Below, in pieces: positions 28,737 through 38,259 of a DNA stretch of 64,000 bases; position 1 is the stretch's first letter; each line of letters opens with the position of its first letter. The stretch is from a virus (taxonomy: Duplodnaviria; Caudoviricetes): positions 9,201-73,200 of the IMG/VR virus record IMGVR_UViG_3300010327_000802; one strand, 5' to 3'. The notes beneath the pieces were generated by a model. It was not told the DNA's origin and made no database searches. It saw only the letters and a list, made by a program, of their open reading frames with translations. The translations under genes were made by a program, and so were the position numbers.

Positions 28737-28738
28737 AT

Positions 28739-29215
28739 TTACCTCCCAAATTGTTTTAAAAACTTTTCGTATCTGGTCATAACCGAGCGTACATATTGCT
28801 CGTTGTTCTGACCATTATAAGCACCCATCAGCCTTTCTAAATTTTTTATCTTTCTCTTGTTTTCCAAATAATCTAAGTGCTTTATACCATAGGTCAAATT
28901 CTCAAATGGACTGAACAGTTTAGTAAGCCAGCCTGTCATTCCGTACACCCTCGCATTGAATCCCATTATTTGCATTAAACCAAACGAGCATTTCTGTAGA
29001 AATACCTCAGTATCATAAGAACAATTTTTAGGTTTATGTTTCTTAGGGTCTTGTATATATTTGCTTGAAAGTTTAGGCTCATATCTTATAGCATAAGGCT
29101 CAAATGAACTTTCTTGTTCTATAATAGCAAGCACCAGCGGTAGATTGACTATCTCGAATTTATAGTCTTCAAATATTTTCTTTATATATGAAATAAGTTC
29201 TTCTATTTCAATCAT
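28739..29215 (-). CDS. Soluble lytic transglycosylase (SLT) endolysin
   Basis: IIEQESSF catalytic motif, SFGLMQI, AYNG, YV..V. Confidence 0.85.
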   Translation of the reverse strand: MIEIEELISYIKKIFEDYKFEIVNLPLVLAIIEQESSFEPYAIRYEPKLSSKYIQDPKKHKPKNCSYDTEVFLQKCSFGLMQIMGFNARVYGMTGWLTKLFSPFENLTYGIKHLDYLENKRKIKNLERLMGAYNGQNNEQYVRSVMTRYEKFLKQFGR

Positions 29216-29242
29216 TCTACTTACCTCCTATGCTATTAAAAA

Positions 29243-29588
29243 TGGAGGTGGTGGGAATCGAACCCACGTCCGAATATAAAAAACTATTAGATACTACGAG
29301 CCTATCCTGCTTGATGTTTCTTTGTTTAGCTAACAGCAGGCGATCAGCTAAACAAATACTCTCAATCGGTTTCAGTTCTCTTTTCGAGAGTAAAAGAGAA
29401 CCAGCCCCCTTTCTATTACATTTCGCTTCCAAGAAAGAGGGAACTTGGAAGGAAACGTACTGCCATATTAAGCAGTATAAGCGTAATTGTAGTTGTCGCT
29501 TGTTTTTTTGTGGATTTTTTGACGGGGTACCCACCCCCCGGCTCGCATCTAATAGCTTTTTATTATCCGTCGACATCCTTTCACCCCC
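29243..29588 (-). ncRNA. ssrA: tmRNA (transfer-messenger RNA), complete one-piece gene
   Basis: Acceptor GGGGGTG/CACCTCC-A with G3:U70; T-arm GTGGG-TTCGATT-CCCAC; long helix 2 pairing; pk1, H5 over the stop codon and pk2-pk4 stems all visible; CCA not encoded. Confidence 0.96.
29468..29497 (-). other. tmRNA tag reading frame: (A)DNYNYAYTA-stop
   Basis: AAACAAGC-G resembles the resume consensus; GAC AAC TAC AAT TAC GCT TAT ACT GCT TAA, with the stop inside hairpin TACTGC/GCAGTA. Confidence 0.8.
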
Positions 29589-30400
29589 TATAAAACCATT
29601 TCTTTTTTTCTTGTACTAGGAACGGAATTTACCAAAGAAATAATTTGCTTTTTAGTATTATCTAGTGTTACATAAAAAGGTTTAATAACCTGAGGTCTAA
29701 ACTGAGCTTTCTCTGCATACTTTGGATAAGCAAGAAAAGAAGGTAAAGAAACATATGTTACCTCTTTCCAAAGTACTCTCTTTGTATGGTTATTATACTG
29801 TCTAGTCATAGCTTGATATATAATAAATTTATGAGAATGCCCCCAAACATACATATCACAACCTTCTACAATAAGCTGAGATAATTCAAGATTGTTCAAA
29901 ACACTACCCGGTCTTCTACCCCCACCCATACCATGAGTAATATAAAAAACATAGGAGTATGATCTAGACGGATGATCACTTGCAGGTATAACTATATCCA
30001 CTAAGCCTGAGACGGAAGAATATGGAACATTAAAAGAGTTAGAAATCAATTGAAGTAAATCAACACCAACCCTTCTTCTTATTCTATCTTCGTGGTTTCC
30101 GCTTACAACTAATAATATCTTGGACGAAATTGGTTGGAGTAAATTAATTAATTTCTCTATTGAAGCCTGTACGTTCATTTTAACACTATATGCATCCGCA
30201 ATACTATCGAATAAAGCAACATCAAGTAAATCCCCATTTAGTATAGCAAGTGAATCTTCTTCCTTACTAATACAGTCTATTGTATCTTGAAACAACCTTT
30301 CATCAACAAATAGTGACTGCAAATGCAAGTCTGCTAAAAACCAAAGTTTTATGGGTCTACTTTCTTTGGCTTTATACAACACCTGTTGCATTGTTTCCAA
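29588..30400 (-). CDS. Calcineurin-like metallophosphoesterase
   Basis: DLH, NGDLLD, GNHE, HG and GHSH motifs. Confidence 0.85.
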   Translation of the reverse strand: METMQQVLYKAKESRPIKLWFLADLHLQSLFVDERLFQDTIDCISKEEDSLAILNGDLLDVALFDSIADAYSVKMNVQASIEKLINLLQPISSKILLVVSGNHEDRIRRRVGVDLLQLISNSFNVPYSSVSGLVDIVIPASDHPSRSYSYVFYITHGMGGGRRPGSVLNNLELSQLIVEGCDMYVWGHSHKFIIYQAMTRQYNNHTKRVLWKEVTYVSLPSFLAYPKYAEKAQFRPQVIKPFYVTLDNTKKQIISLVNSVPSTRKKEMVL

Positions 30401-30401
30401 T

Positions 30402-31346
30402 TTATCCAGCCTCCTTAATAAAATTTAGGACTTCTATCCCGTTTTTCTCCAAAAAAACTTTATTTTTTAAAATAAAATCAACTCTTTCATTAAAGGGGAT
30501 AATAAAGTTGTTTATATTTCCCCTTAAATCATTAGGATCTTTTTCATAGGGCAGCATTCCTATAAAAACTTCATTAAAATGACCTTTCAATTTATTAGCT
30601 ATTTTTATTTCATTAGAAATAGCATCTCCATCTAAAACTATATAAATTTTTTCAAAACCATAATCCAATAATTCTTCTGTTTGAAGATCAGTTAACTCTT
30701 TTCCTAATAAAGAAAAAACATTTTTTATTCCAGAGAGATATAAAGAAAGAGCATCAAAAATGCCTTCCACAAGATAAGCTTCTTTCTTTTCTATGGCTGA
30801 AAATATATCCAATTTAAAAAGAGGTTTTGAAAATTTAGGGTTTAGAAATACCTTACTAAATATCTTACGTAAAGTATAATAATCAATTTCCCCCCAAATA
30901 TTATAAGAGAAAAAGATAATCCAAATAGATTTATTAGTTTTATTTTCCAAAATTCGATACAACTTTTTAGGTATATCAGTAGAAGTAGAAGTATTTTCAA
31001 ACAATCTCTGTTTCAAATATAGTTCCCCTATTAGACTAGAATCCGTTGCTTGAAAATCTGTAAGACTATTAAGCACATCATAAACAGTCTCAAATACATT
31101 TCTGATATTTACCTCTTTCTTTTCTAAAGGAAGTTTACTATAAGTATCAAGCATAATTCCAATTAAATCATTAGGAAGGGAAGAAAAACTGCCCCTTGCC
31201 CCACATCTGAAACAATAATAAACTTCTTTTCGACTGTTCATATAAAGATGAAACTTTGTATCTGGAGTTTTTCCTCTTTTTACACAAAAGGGACAATTTA
31301 CTCTTATTTCTTCTGTGTTAGTTAATTTATAGTCTACAGATCCCAT
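30402..31346 (-). CDS. dnaG: DnaG-type DNA primase (CHC2 zinc finger plus TOPRIM)
   Basis: CPFC...H...YCFRCG, VEGIFD, LDGD, KDPND. Confidence 0.85.
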   Translation of the reverse strand: MGSVDYKLTNTEEIRVNCPFCVKRGKTPDTKFHLYMNSRKEVYYCFRCGARGSFSSLPNDLIGIMLDTYSKLPLEKKEVNIRNVFETVYDVLNSLTDFQATDSSLIGELYLKQRLFENTSTSTDIPKKLYRILENKTNKSIWIIFFSYNIWGEIDYYTLRKIFSKVFLNPKFSKPLFKLDIFSAIEKKEAYLVEGIFDALSLYLSGIKNVFSLLGKELTDLQTEELLDYGFEKIYIVLDGDAISNEIKIANKLKGHFNEVFIGMLPYEKDPNDLRGNINNFIIPFNERVDFILKNKVFLEKNGIEVLNFIKEAG

Positions 31347-31874
31347 TTACCACCTTGCGCCTTTTTTACTCCAAGGAACTATTACACGTTTTGGTACATA
31401 ACCAAGAGAATTTAACTCTTTTAGAGGAGTTAAATAGGTCATATCTATATGAATCCATTTTAAATTGTACTCATAGTGCCCAATTCTCATTTCCGAATAG
31501 TTCTTTTGGAGAAAGATTAGTAAATCCTTATTCAGTCTAGCATTACCCCTTGTTATATCAGCCGCTACTCCCATTGAGTGCGGCGAGAACGAAACTGCGT
31601 GGGGGTTTTTATTATGAAGTGAATTTTGATAATTGGAACACCTGTACATAGAGTTCATTTTTAAATTTCTAAAGTTATCTTTTAGGTTATCTATAACGTT
31701 CAAAAATTCCCTTATTGCTTTATACCATTGATTAGATACTTGTTCTGGATACTCCTGTAAAGGTGGAAAGCCAGAACAATGAGAGCAAGCATATTCAGAC
31801 TTTGTAACATTCTTAGACACATTTGTATCAATTAAGTGTTCTTCTCCTAAGTATTCAAGGAAGCTCTTGCCCAT
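31347..31874 (-). CDS. Second peptidase M15 family protein
   Basis: EYACSHC, SMYRC, SPHSMGVAADI, WIHID. Confidence 0.8.
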   Translation of the reverse strand: MGKSFLEYLGEEHLIDTNVSKNVTKSEYACSHCSGFPPLQEYPEQVSNQWYKAIREFLNVIDNLKDNFRNLKMNSMYRCSNYQNSLHNKNPHAVSFSPHSMGVAADITRGNARLNKDLLIFLQKNYSEMRIGHYEYNLKWIHIDMTYLTPLKELNSLGYVPKRVIVPWSKKGARW

Positions 31875-31887
31875 TTTTACCCTCCTT

Positions 31888-32631
31888 TTAATCTAATTTA
31901 TCTGTTAAATTGAACCTTTCTAAAAAACTCTCAATTGTCACAGGTACCACTTGTTTTAATAATCTAACAATTGCTTTTGCAAGTTCTCTCATTTCCCATT
32001 GTGCATGTGAATCCAGTCTCTGACGAAGAAAATTCATTAAACTCCTCATATTTATAGTCCAATAAAAAGAAGTACGAAGACCAAAAGGTAGTATAGTTCT
32101 TGCGGCTTCTTTCCGTAATCCAGCGCTAATAAGATTCTCATAAAGCTCAAATGATTTCTTAATATGATCCAAAATCTCATTGAGAAGTACTTCTTTATCT
32201 TGTGATAATTCTGATTCCTTTAAACCTAAAAACTCAGGGGGGATATGAACTATTTTATTTAGAGAATCAGCGGTAGTTTCTGATAAAAGATTACTATTGG
32301 GTCCTGTAAATCTGAACGATCTCTTGAGAGGGCTAGCCATCCTATGCCTTAAAACCTGTTCTGCAATATATATAGGTATATCTTCTATTTTAAATCTAAA
32401 AACTTGGTGTTCAAACGGTGTTTCATGCCCCCACTCCAAAAGATTTTTAATGAGCCTTTCATCATCTGTCTCTGGTCCTTCTGATAAACGAGAAATTCTA
32501 GCCACACGAGCGGGAGTAAGATCGTCTCCTAACATTTCCTCTAATATTACGCACCCCCCACCCTTAATTTGTTCTACCTTGGGGCTATTTATATAGTATG
32601 CTTTAGTTTCTGAAAAATAATTATTTTCCAT
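31888..32631 (-). CDS. thyX: FAD-dependent thymidylate synthase ThyX (copy 1; track start 32649)
   Basis: GHETPFEH, RHR-x7-S, EAARTILP, NMRSLMNF..QR. Confidence 0.9.
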   Translation of the reverse strand: MENNYFSETKAYYINSPKVEQIKGGGCVILEEMLGDDLTPARVARISRLSEGPETDDERLIKNLLEWGHETPFEHQVFRFKIEDIPIYIAEQVLRHRMASPLKRSFRFTGPNSNLLSETTADSLNKIVHIPPEFLGLKESELSQDKEVLLNEILDHIKKSFELYENLISAGLRKEAARTILPFGLRTSFYWTINMRSLMNFLRQRLDSHAQWEMRELAKAIVRLLKQVVPVTIESFLERFNLTDKLD

Positions 32632-32633
32632 GT

Positions 32634-35108
32634 TTAATCCCCATTGCATTTATTTGAATATCCACAATTTTGGCAAGGATGCTCACAGTCAAAAACGTAA
32701 GGTCTCATCTTTGTTATATGAACTGCACCACAGATAGGGCAACGAGTAAGAACAGCATCATTAGGAAGATTATCTATTTTGGATTCTCCATAAAGATTAA
32801 TATAAATTTCACCTTTTCCAGTAGGTTCCTTCTTAGGGATTGCTTGTGGCTTCAGAGAAAACATAGCTTTTTTAAAATTTTCCTCAAGTTGCTCTACATT
32901 TACGCCCTCAATAAACCAATCAAGAGCAAGCCCCCAAAGACCTATTGTAGAATCTACTTTCTCCCCTAAAATATAATAATTTACTCCAGAATCATATTCT
33001 CTAAACTTTTTAGCCATTCTTCTTGCAAACTTTACAGCTAGCTCTGCTGGAAGCATCCGCAGAATTTCGGATAATGTATGATTTAGAGCAACTGCAAACT
33101 CATAACATCTAATATTTCTTGATCCTAAGAAAATTTCTCTAGGCACTGTACCCTCACCAAAAATCATTAAATAAATTGTTTCACTATCTGGTTTAAATCT
33201 ATATCTCTTGCCTTCCATACAAGATTTCTTTATAGGCTGGATATGAACACTATATGTTTCCTCAGGAGCACCAAGAGAAACAGTCTTTTCCTTTTTATGT
33301 TCCATTTTCTTAATAACGGGTATTCTACTTCCTTCTCTGTAAACAGTAATTCCCTTTAAACCTTTTTCCCAAGCATTATAGAAAACATCCCAGATGTCTT
33401 GTGTAGTAGACGATTGTGGGAGATTCACTGTAGAACTAATAGCATTATCTATATATTTTTGAAGAATAGATTGTGCTTCTATCCTAGTCTGAGGTGTTAT
33501 TTGGTCAAATGTTTGAAAAAAGGGAAAGCTTTCGGGCTTAAGTCCCTTTTCCATGTATTCTGCGTAAACGGGAATATAAAACTCAAAGGTCCTTCCAGCA
33601 GTTTCAAACCATCTTTGTACTTTAAAACCAAAAATAGGCTCAATACCAGAAGACGCCCCAGCCATAATAGAAATAGACCCTGTTGGTGCAATTGTCAGTA
33701 AAGCCGAATTGGCAAGCCCTGTCTTCTCAATACTATTGAATAATGCATCAAAGTCCTTATCATCCTTTCTCAATCTTTCAAAGTAAGGCTGGCTAAAATG
33801 TTTTACAGGATCAAATTCTGGGAATACACCAAAAATATCTACCATTTCAGAGGAAGCTTTATACGCATAAAAAGCCATATTTTTCCCAATCTTTGTAGTT
33901 AAATCATAATCACCATACAACCTTTTAGCTCGAATATAAGCATCTGCTAGACCCATAATTCCAAGACCTACTCTTCTTGTTCTCTGTGCTGATTCCTTTT
34001 GTTTTTCTAGCGGGTGGTTGTCTAAGTTATACCAAATTATAGTGTTCATAAACAAAACAGCGGCATAAATAAGTTTTCTTAATTCTTCTACGTTTAAAGA
34101 AGAATCAACAAAAAGAGAAGAATGCCCAATATTAATTGCACCAAGATTACAATTTCCATAAGGCTCAAGCCACTGTTCCCCACACGGATTTGTGTTTACA
34201 ATAGGAGCAAAATACTCTGTTGTGGAATATTTTTTAGCAGTACTTTCAAATAAAATTCCAGGTTCAGCCCAATTCCAAGCATTATCTACAATAACTTTAA
34301 AAACTTCTCTAGCTGGTTGTTTAGAAATAACTTCATCTTTCCATTTGAATTCCCACATTTCATCTTCTTTAACTGCTTCCATAAACTCGTCTACAATTTT
34401 AACAGAAATATTAGCAAAACGGACTTGGGACATTACTAGAACTTTTTCGGCAACCTCTAGTTGTTCTTGAGACCAACCATAAGCAGAAGCCTGTTGAATA
34501 AGTTTCTTATTAGCTTGAGAAAGAATAGACTTAGAAGTAACAAACTTTAAAATATCTGGATGGGTAACCCCCATTGCAAGAAGCAAAGCTCCCCTTCTTC
34601 CAGATTGACCTATAGTTCCCGTTAAAACAGAATATAGTTCAGAAAAACTCCAGGCACCTGTAGAGGTCTTAGCTGCATTATGTACAGATGATCCTTCGTA
34701 TCGTAAACTCGAAATATCAAATCCAACTCCCCCACCTCTCTTAAAAGTCTCAGCCGTTTCTAAAGCTGTCTCTAATATACCTTCAATTGAATCTTCTGGA
34801 GAAGGAAGAACATAACAATTTGTAAGGGTAACTTTATTAGGATTCCCTGCACCAAATAAAACTCTACCCCCTGGTAAAAATAATCCATCTGACATCATAG
34901 AATAAAATAAATCACCAGGGGGAATTTCCCCAAAAAGTTGACGATATTTTTGTAAAGCTTTTTCATTCTGAGAGAGAAATTCTTTATCAAGGAAATTACC
35001 CACACTATATGCTACTCTGCGAATTACATCATCCCATGATTCTTCATCTGCCAAGAAATATTTCTCTGAAGCTACCAAGTCTCTAAACTCTATAAAATCT
35101 TGATTCAT
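32634..35108 (-). CDS. nrdJ: Class II (adenosylcobalamin-dependent) ribonucleotide reductase with C-terminal zinc ribbon
   Basis: PGGR, TNCYV, GGGVG, TNPCGEQ..CNLG, RRVGLG, IAPTG, KGITVYR; no NrdB/F gene adjacent. Confidence 0.9.
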   Translation of the reverse strand: MNQDFIEFRDLVASEKYFLADEESWDDVIRRVAYSVGNFLDKEFLSQNEKALQKYRQLFGEIPPGDLFYSMMSDGLFLPGGRVLFGAGNPNKVTLTNCYVLPSPEDSIEGILETALETAETFKRGGGVGFDISSLRYEGSSVHNAAKTSTGAWSFSELYSVLTGTIGQSGRRGALLLAMGVTHPDILKFVTSKSILSQANKKLIQQASAYGWSQEQLEVAEKVLVMSQVRFANISVKIVDEFMEAVKEDEMWEFKWKDEVISKQPAREVFKVIVDNAWNWAEPGILFESTAKKYSTTEYFAPIVNTNPCGEQWLEPYGNCNLGAINIGHSSLFVDSSLNVEELRKLIYAAVLFMNTIIWYNLDNHPLEKQKESAQRTRRVGLGIMGLADAYIRAKRLYGDYDLTTKIGKNMAFYAYKASSEMVDIFGVFPEFDPVKHFSQPYFERLRKDDKDFDALFNSIEKTGLANSALLTIAPTGSISIMAGASSGIEPIFGFKVQRWFETAGRTFEFYIPVYAEYMEKGLKPESFPFFQTFDQITPQTRIEAQSILQKYIDNAISSTVNLPQSSTTQDIWDVFYNAWEKGLKGITVYREGSRIPVIKKMEHKKEKTVSLGAPEETYSVHIQPIKKSCMEGKRYRFKPDSETIYLMIFGEGTVPREIFLGSRNIRCYEFAVALNHTLSEILRMLPAELAVKFARRMAKKFREYDSGVNYYILGEKVDSTIGLWGLALDWFIEGVNVEQLEENFKKAMFSLKPQAIPKKEPTGKGEIYINLYGESKIDNLPNDAVLTRCPICGAVHITKMRPYVFDCEHPCQNCGYSNKCNGD

Positions 35109-35110
35109 AT

Positions 35111-35362
35111 TTACCCCCCTGCTTGCTCCTTATTTTCTCTTTCCATTTCTTCTTCTAATAGATCTAAATAATGTTTGTTCCCCTCAAAATGCGCATTTAT
35201 ATACGAAACAACAAAAGAGGGGAAACTTGATAAATAAACGCCATATTCATTTTTTAAAATTGACACAAAGTCATTAAAATCTTTACTTTCATAAAATAAC
35301 CTAGTAGGCAAAACTGATAAGATTGCCTTACAAATATCTAATTGTAGTTTTATCTTACTCAT
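35111..35362 (-). CDS. Hypothetical protein
   Basis: ORF in operon. Confidence 0.6.
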   Translation of the reverse strand: MSKIKLQLDICKAILSVLPTRLFYESKDFNDFVSILKNEYGVYLSSFPSFVVSYINAHFEGNKHYLDLLEEEMERENKEQAGG

Positions 35363-35388
35363 CTCATCTGGTATTATATGCCCCTCCT

Positions 35389-35814
35389 TTATTCTGTTTT
35401 ATATACCCCAAATTCTGATTCCGAAAGCTCCACAGCCTTAAGTTCTAATAGTTCGAAAACTTTATAAACAACTCTTATATCCTGTGGAGAGAAGTTCTTG
35501 TCACTTACTATAGTTTGAGAAGTAATAAATAATATTTTTTTAAAGAATTTTATAAAACTATCTCTCCTTATTTCAGCTTCATTGAGAAGTTTTAAAAGCA
35601 TATTACGATAGTTTACAAGAGACTGATGGATTCTTACTGCGTCGTCCTCCTCTTCAACATCAAGTAGCTTTTTTTCCAAAAGTTGAATATTCTCTTGTGT
35701 AGATATAATTAATTTATAAATTTCAAATGTTTTATCAAAAATAATTAAATCAAAAGGAATAGTAAAGTGTCTCCGTTCTTGAGTATTTTCTAATAAAGTT
35801 TGCTCTTCACTCAT
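35389..35814 (-). CDS. Hypothetical helical protein
   Basis: ORF in operon. Confidence 0.65.
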   Translation of the reverse strand: MSEEQTLLENTQERRHFTIPFDLIIFDKTFEIYKLIISTQENIQLLEKKLLDVEEEDDAVRIHQSLVNYRNMLLKLLNEAEIRRDSFIKFFKKILFITSQTIVSDKNFSPQDIRVVYKVFELLELKAVELSESEFGVYKTE

Positions 35815-36442
35815 CTATTACTTCACCTTCTTCTTCTTCTTCTATATAAGTCTCTTTATATCCCTTTGGAGTATCCTCAGAATTAATATACAATGGAACA
35901 GCAGTTACAGATATCCTTTTAGCAATCGGAGCACCACGAGCAGATAACTTTGTTATTGTTATTGAGTTATCCGTATTTATATAAAAGCCAAAATCCTTAT
36001 AAGTCACATAAACTGTAACATCTTTCTTTGCGGGGTTTTTCCACACTTTTACATTATCTGGTTTACCAATATATTTGCACAACTCATCGTATACAGGTTT
36101 CTTATTTTCTGGGATATCAAATTCATCAAATGGAATATCTTTAGATTTCTTTGTAGTCTTTATTTCCCTCTTCCACCCGCCATAGAAATTATTTTGCACA
36201 TATTTTATATGTGATAAGAGCAAAGATTTCTGCTTGTATTCTTCTTCATCTCTTGGAACTAGACTATTAATTAACCTATAGGCAATTAGCCAACTAACTA
36301 TTCCATCACTAACCCCAACACAAAGACTAGGAAGCGAACACTCTTTACATTCAGGGTCGCCACTATCATATAAGAAACCAAAACAAGTTAATGGCTGTAT
36401 CTCTTTAGAATCTAATTCTTGATCTTCCTTTTCTTCTTTCAT
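35807..36442 (-). CDS. Hypothetical protein with N-terminal Cys4 motif
   Basis: CFG..YD..D.EC.EC....C. Confidence 0.65.
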   Translation of the reverse strand: MKEEKEDQELDSKEIQPLTCFGFLYDSGDPECKECSLPSLCVGVSDGIVSWLIAYRLINSLVPRDEEEYKQKSLLLSHIKYVQNNFYGGWKREIKTTKKSKDIPFDEFDIPENKKPVYDELCKYIGKPDNVKVWKNPAKKDVTVYVTYKDFGFYINTDNSITITKLSARGAPIAKRISVTAVPLYINSEDTPKGYKETYIEEEEEGEVIDE

Positions 36443-36489
36443 TTTCCCTCCTATAAAAGTAGATAAATTTTACTACTTATTAGATTTTT

Positions 36490-37062
36490 TTAAGTTTCTT
36501 CTGTTTTAGAGGGTAGAAGTTCAAAAAATTCAATTAAAAAGAGTATATCTGCAGACATATCAACCCCTTCCTCATAGTCTGAAAGTAACCAAGAAATATT
36601 ATCAAAAGAAAGTATCTTAGAAACAACTGACTTGTCTGCTATTTTCCTTGCGGTATCTTTATCTAGCCCATAAATAAAAACAGAGTTGGGATAAATATTT
36701 GTAAAAGAATTGGTAGAAACTTCAAAGGTAGCACCAAAAGCCTCAATATAAGAATTCTTAGGAAGTTTCGATTTGACGTCAAAATTACTACCTTCTTTTA
36801 TAAATAACAAAGAAGCAACATTCCCACAAATTCCTTTAAACATTTCAATGAATGATTCACTAGCCTTTTCAAATACACTTCCTTCAAGTTTGGAGTTACA
36901 TAATTTTTCTACTACTTTTTCCTGTGGGGGGAAAATCGGTAAAAAATAATACCCAAACGCTCTCTCTTCATGGTATTTCGGAACCCAACTTCTCTTTGGT
37001 GCAAATACATAAGTGGGACCAAGAAAAGTCCCATGCATTATTGGTACTCCAAATGTATACAT
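36490..37062 (-). CDS. Hypothetical protein
   Basis: GGAGGG SD. Confidence 0.65.
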   Translation of the reverse strand: MYTFGVPIMHGTFLGPTYVFAPKRSWVPKYHEERAFGYYFLPIFPPQEKVVEKLCNSKLEGSVFEKASESFIEMFKGICGNVASLLFIKEGSNFDVKSKLPKNSYIEAFGATFEVSTNSFTNIYPNSVFIYGLDKDTARKIADKSVVSKILSFDNISWLLSDYEEGVDMSADILFLIEFFELLPSKTEET

Positions 37063-37076
37063 ATTACCCTCCCTTG

Positions 37077-37697
37077 TTACGCTGTTGGTTTATCTGATGA
37101 TTGAGATGTATTCATTTGAGATAACATCTCAATCATAGAATTACTCACATTTTGTACAGCCCTTTCTATAATTATTGTGGATAGTTCAACTAAAGAAGCA
37201 TAAGCAAATCCCATTATACCTAAGTCTCTGTAAGCTATTACAAGTCTTTTAACAAATGGATATTTTATATAAAATAAATAATCATGTTCTTTCTTTTCCG
37301 AAAACAGAATCTCCTTAAATTCATCTAAGTAAACGTATTTAAATTCCTCAGGTTTTATAACCCATTCAGGGTCTTTAATAAGATCTTCATCCTTTGCTTC
37401 ATCATACTCAAGCATTCCTGTACCATAAGCAACTGCCCTATAACCTATTGTTTCATAGATTAATTCCATTCTATAAAGAATCCTAGAGGGGAGAAGAAAC
37501 CCTTCAGCTAGAGTGAGAGCAGAAAAAAGTTCTTCCCGAAAAGGTAAATCTTCCCCCTTTAAATATTTATCAATTACTTTTTCAAAGGGAAATTCTGCTG
37601 GATTGATCTCAAGAAGATCAGTAACCGATTTTTGAAAATTTATACTTCCATTCTCTACAGGAAGTGGGACTACTCCTGCTTTTGTTATTCCATACAT
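37077..37697 (-). CDS. Hypothetical protein
   Basis: AAGGAGG SD. Confidence 0.7.
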   Translation of the reverse strand: MYGITKAGVVPLPVENGSINFQKSVTDLLEINPAEFPFEKVIDKYLKGEDLPFREELFSALTLAEGFLLPSRILYRMELIYETIGYRAVAYGTGMLEYDEAKDEDLIKDPEWVIKPEEFKYVYLDEFKEILFSEKKEHDYLFYIKYPFVKRLVIAYRDLGIMGFAYASLVELSTIIIERAVQNVSNSMIEMLSQMNTSQSSDKPTA

Positions 37698-37698
37698 G

Positions 37699-38259
37699 TT
37701 AACCTCCTTCTTTGTTTAAACACCTATATAAGCTCAAATAATAGCTTTCTCTACTAGTGCCCCCACTATATTTTATAAGAGCAGTATAAAAGTCTCCATT
37801 TGATTCCTCTAGATACTCTAAAAAGATGTTTATACCTAATTCTAAATTATAAATTGGATTATACAAACTTTCAATATTTCTACCCCAATATTTTGGATTT
37901 ATTTGTAATAATCCTATACATTCTTTATCAGAAACAATATGTGGAATCCAGGAAGATTCCTGAAAAGCAAAAGTTAAGATAAATTCAATTGGGACATTAT
38001 ATATTTCAGATAATTCAATTGTAGCATAGGCATAAACATCTGCTTCAAAATCTGTTAGTTCAGGGTTAATGTCTAATATAATTTGTTTTACCTCCCACTG
38101 TATTGTAAATTTATCGTAGTCAGCTTTTGCTATATCTTCTTCTTGTATATTACTTCCTTTAAGCATGGTATAATTAACATAACCTATTCCACACCCAACT
38201 CCTACAAGAAAAAAGAAAAGAGAACACAATATTTTAACCATATATTTTTTTAACTTCAT
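37699..38259 (-). CDS. Membrane-anchored SLT-family lytic transglycosylase
   Basis: N-terminal hydrophobic helix; AFQESSW, IGLLQIN, NPIYNLELG, AL..Y.G. Confidence 0.8.
   Translation of the reverse strand: MKLKKYMVKILCSLFFFLVGVGCGIGYVNYTMLKGSNIQEEDIAKADYDKFTIQWEVKQIILDINPELTDFEADVYAYATIELSEIYNVPIEFILTFAFQESSWIPHIVSDKECIGLLQINPKYWGRNIESLYNPIYNLELGINIFLEYLEESNGDFYTALIKYSGGTSRESYYLSLYRCLNKEGG

Noticed and set aside
29243-29275. tRNA-like 3' end read as a tRNA gene or attachment site
   Set aside because: It is the T-arm and acceptor half of the full tmRNA; no integrase or duplicated 3' end is seen, and phage genes flank both sides
29217-29619. ORFs 29217..29576 (-) and 29230..29619 (+)
   Set aside because: They are chance frames over the tmRNA, whose helices and pseudoknots explain the sequence
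36455-36480. AAGTAG/CTACTT hairpin as a terminator
   Set aside because: The stem is short and AT-rich with a long loop; too weak to call
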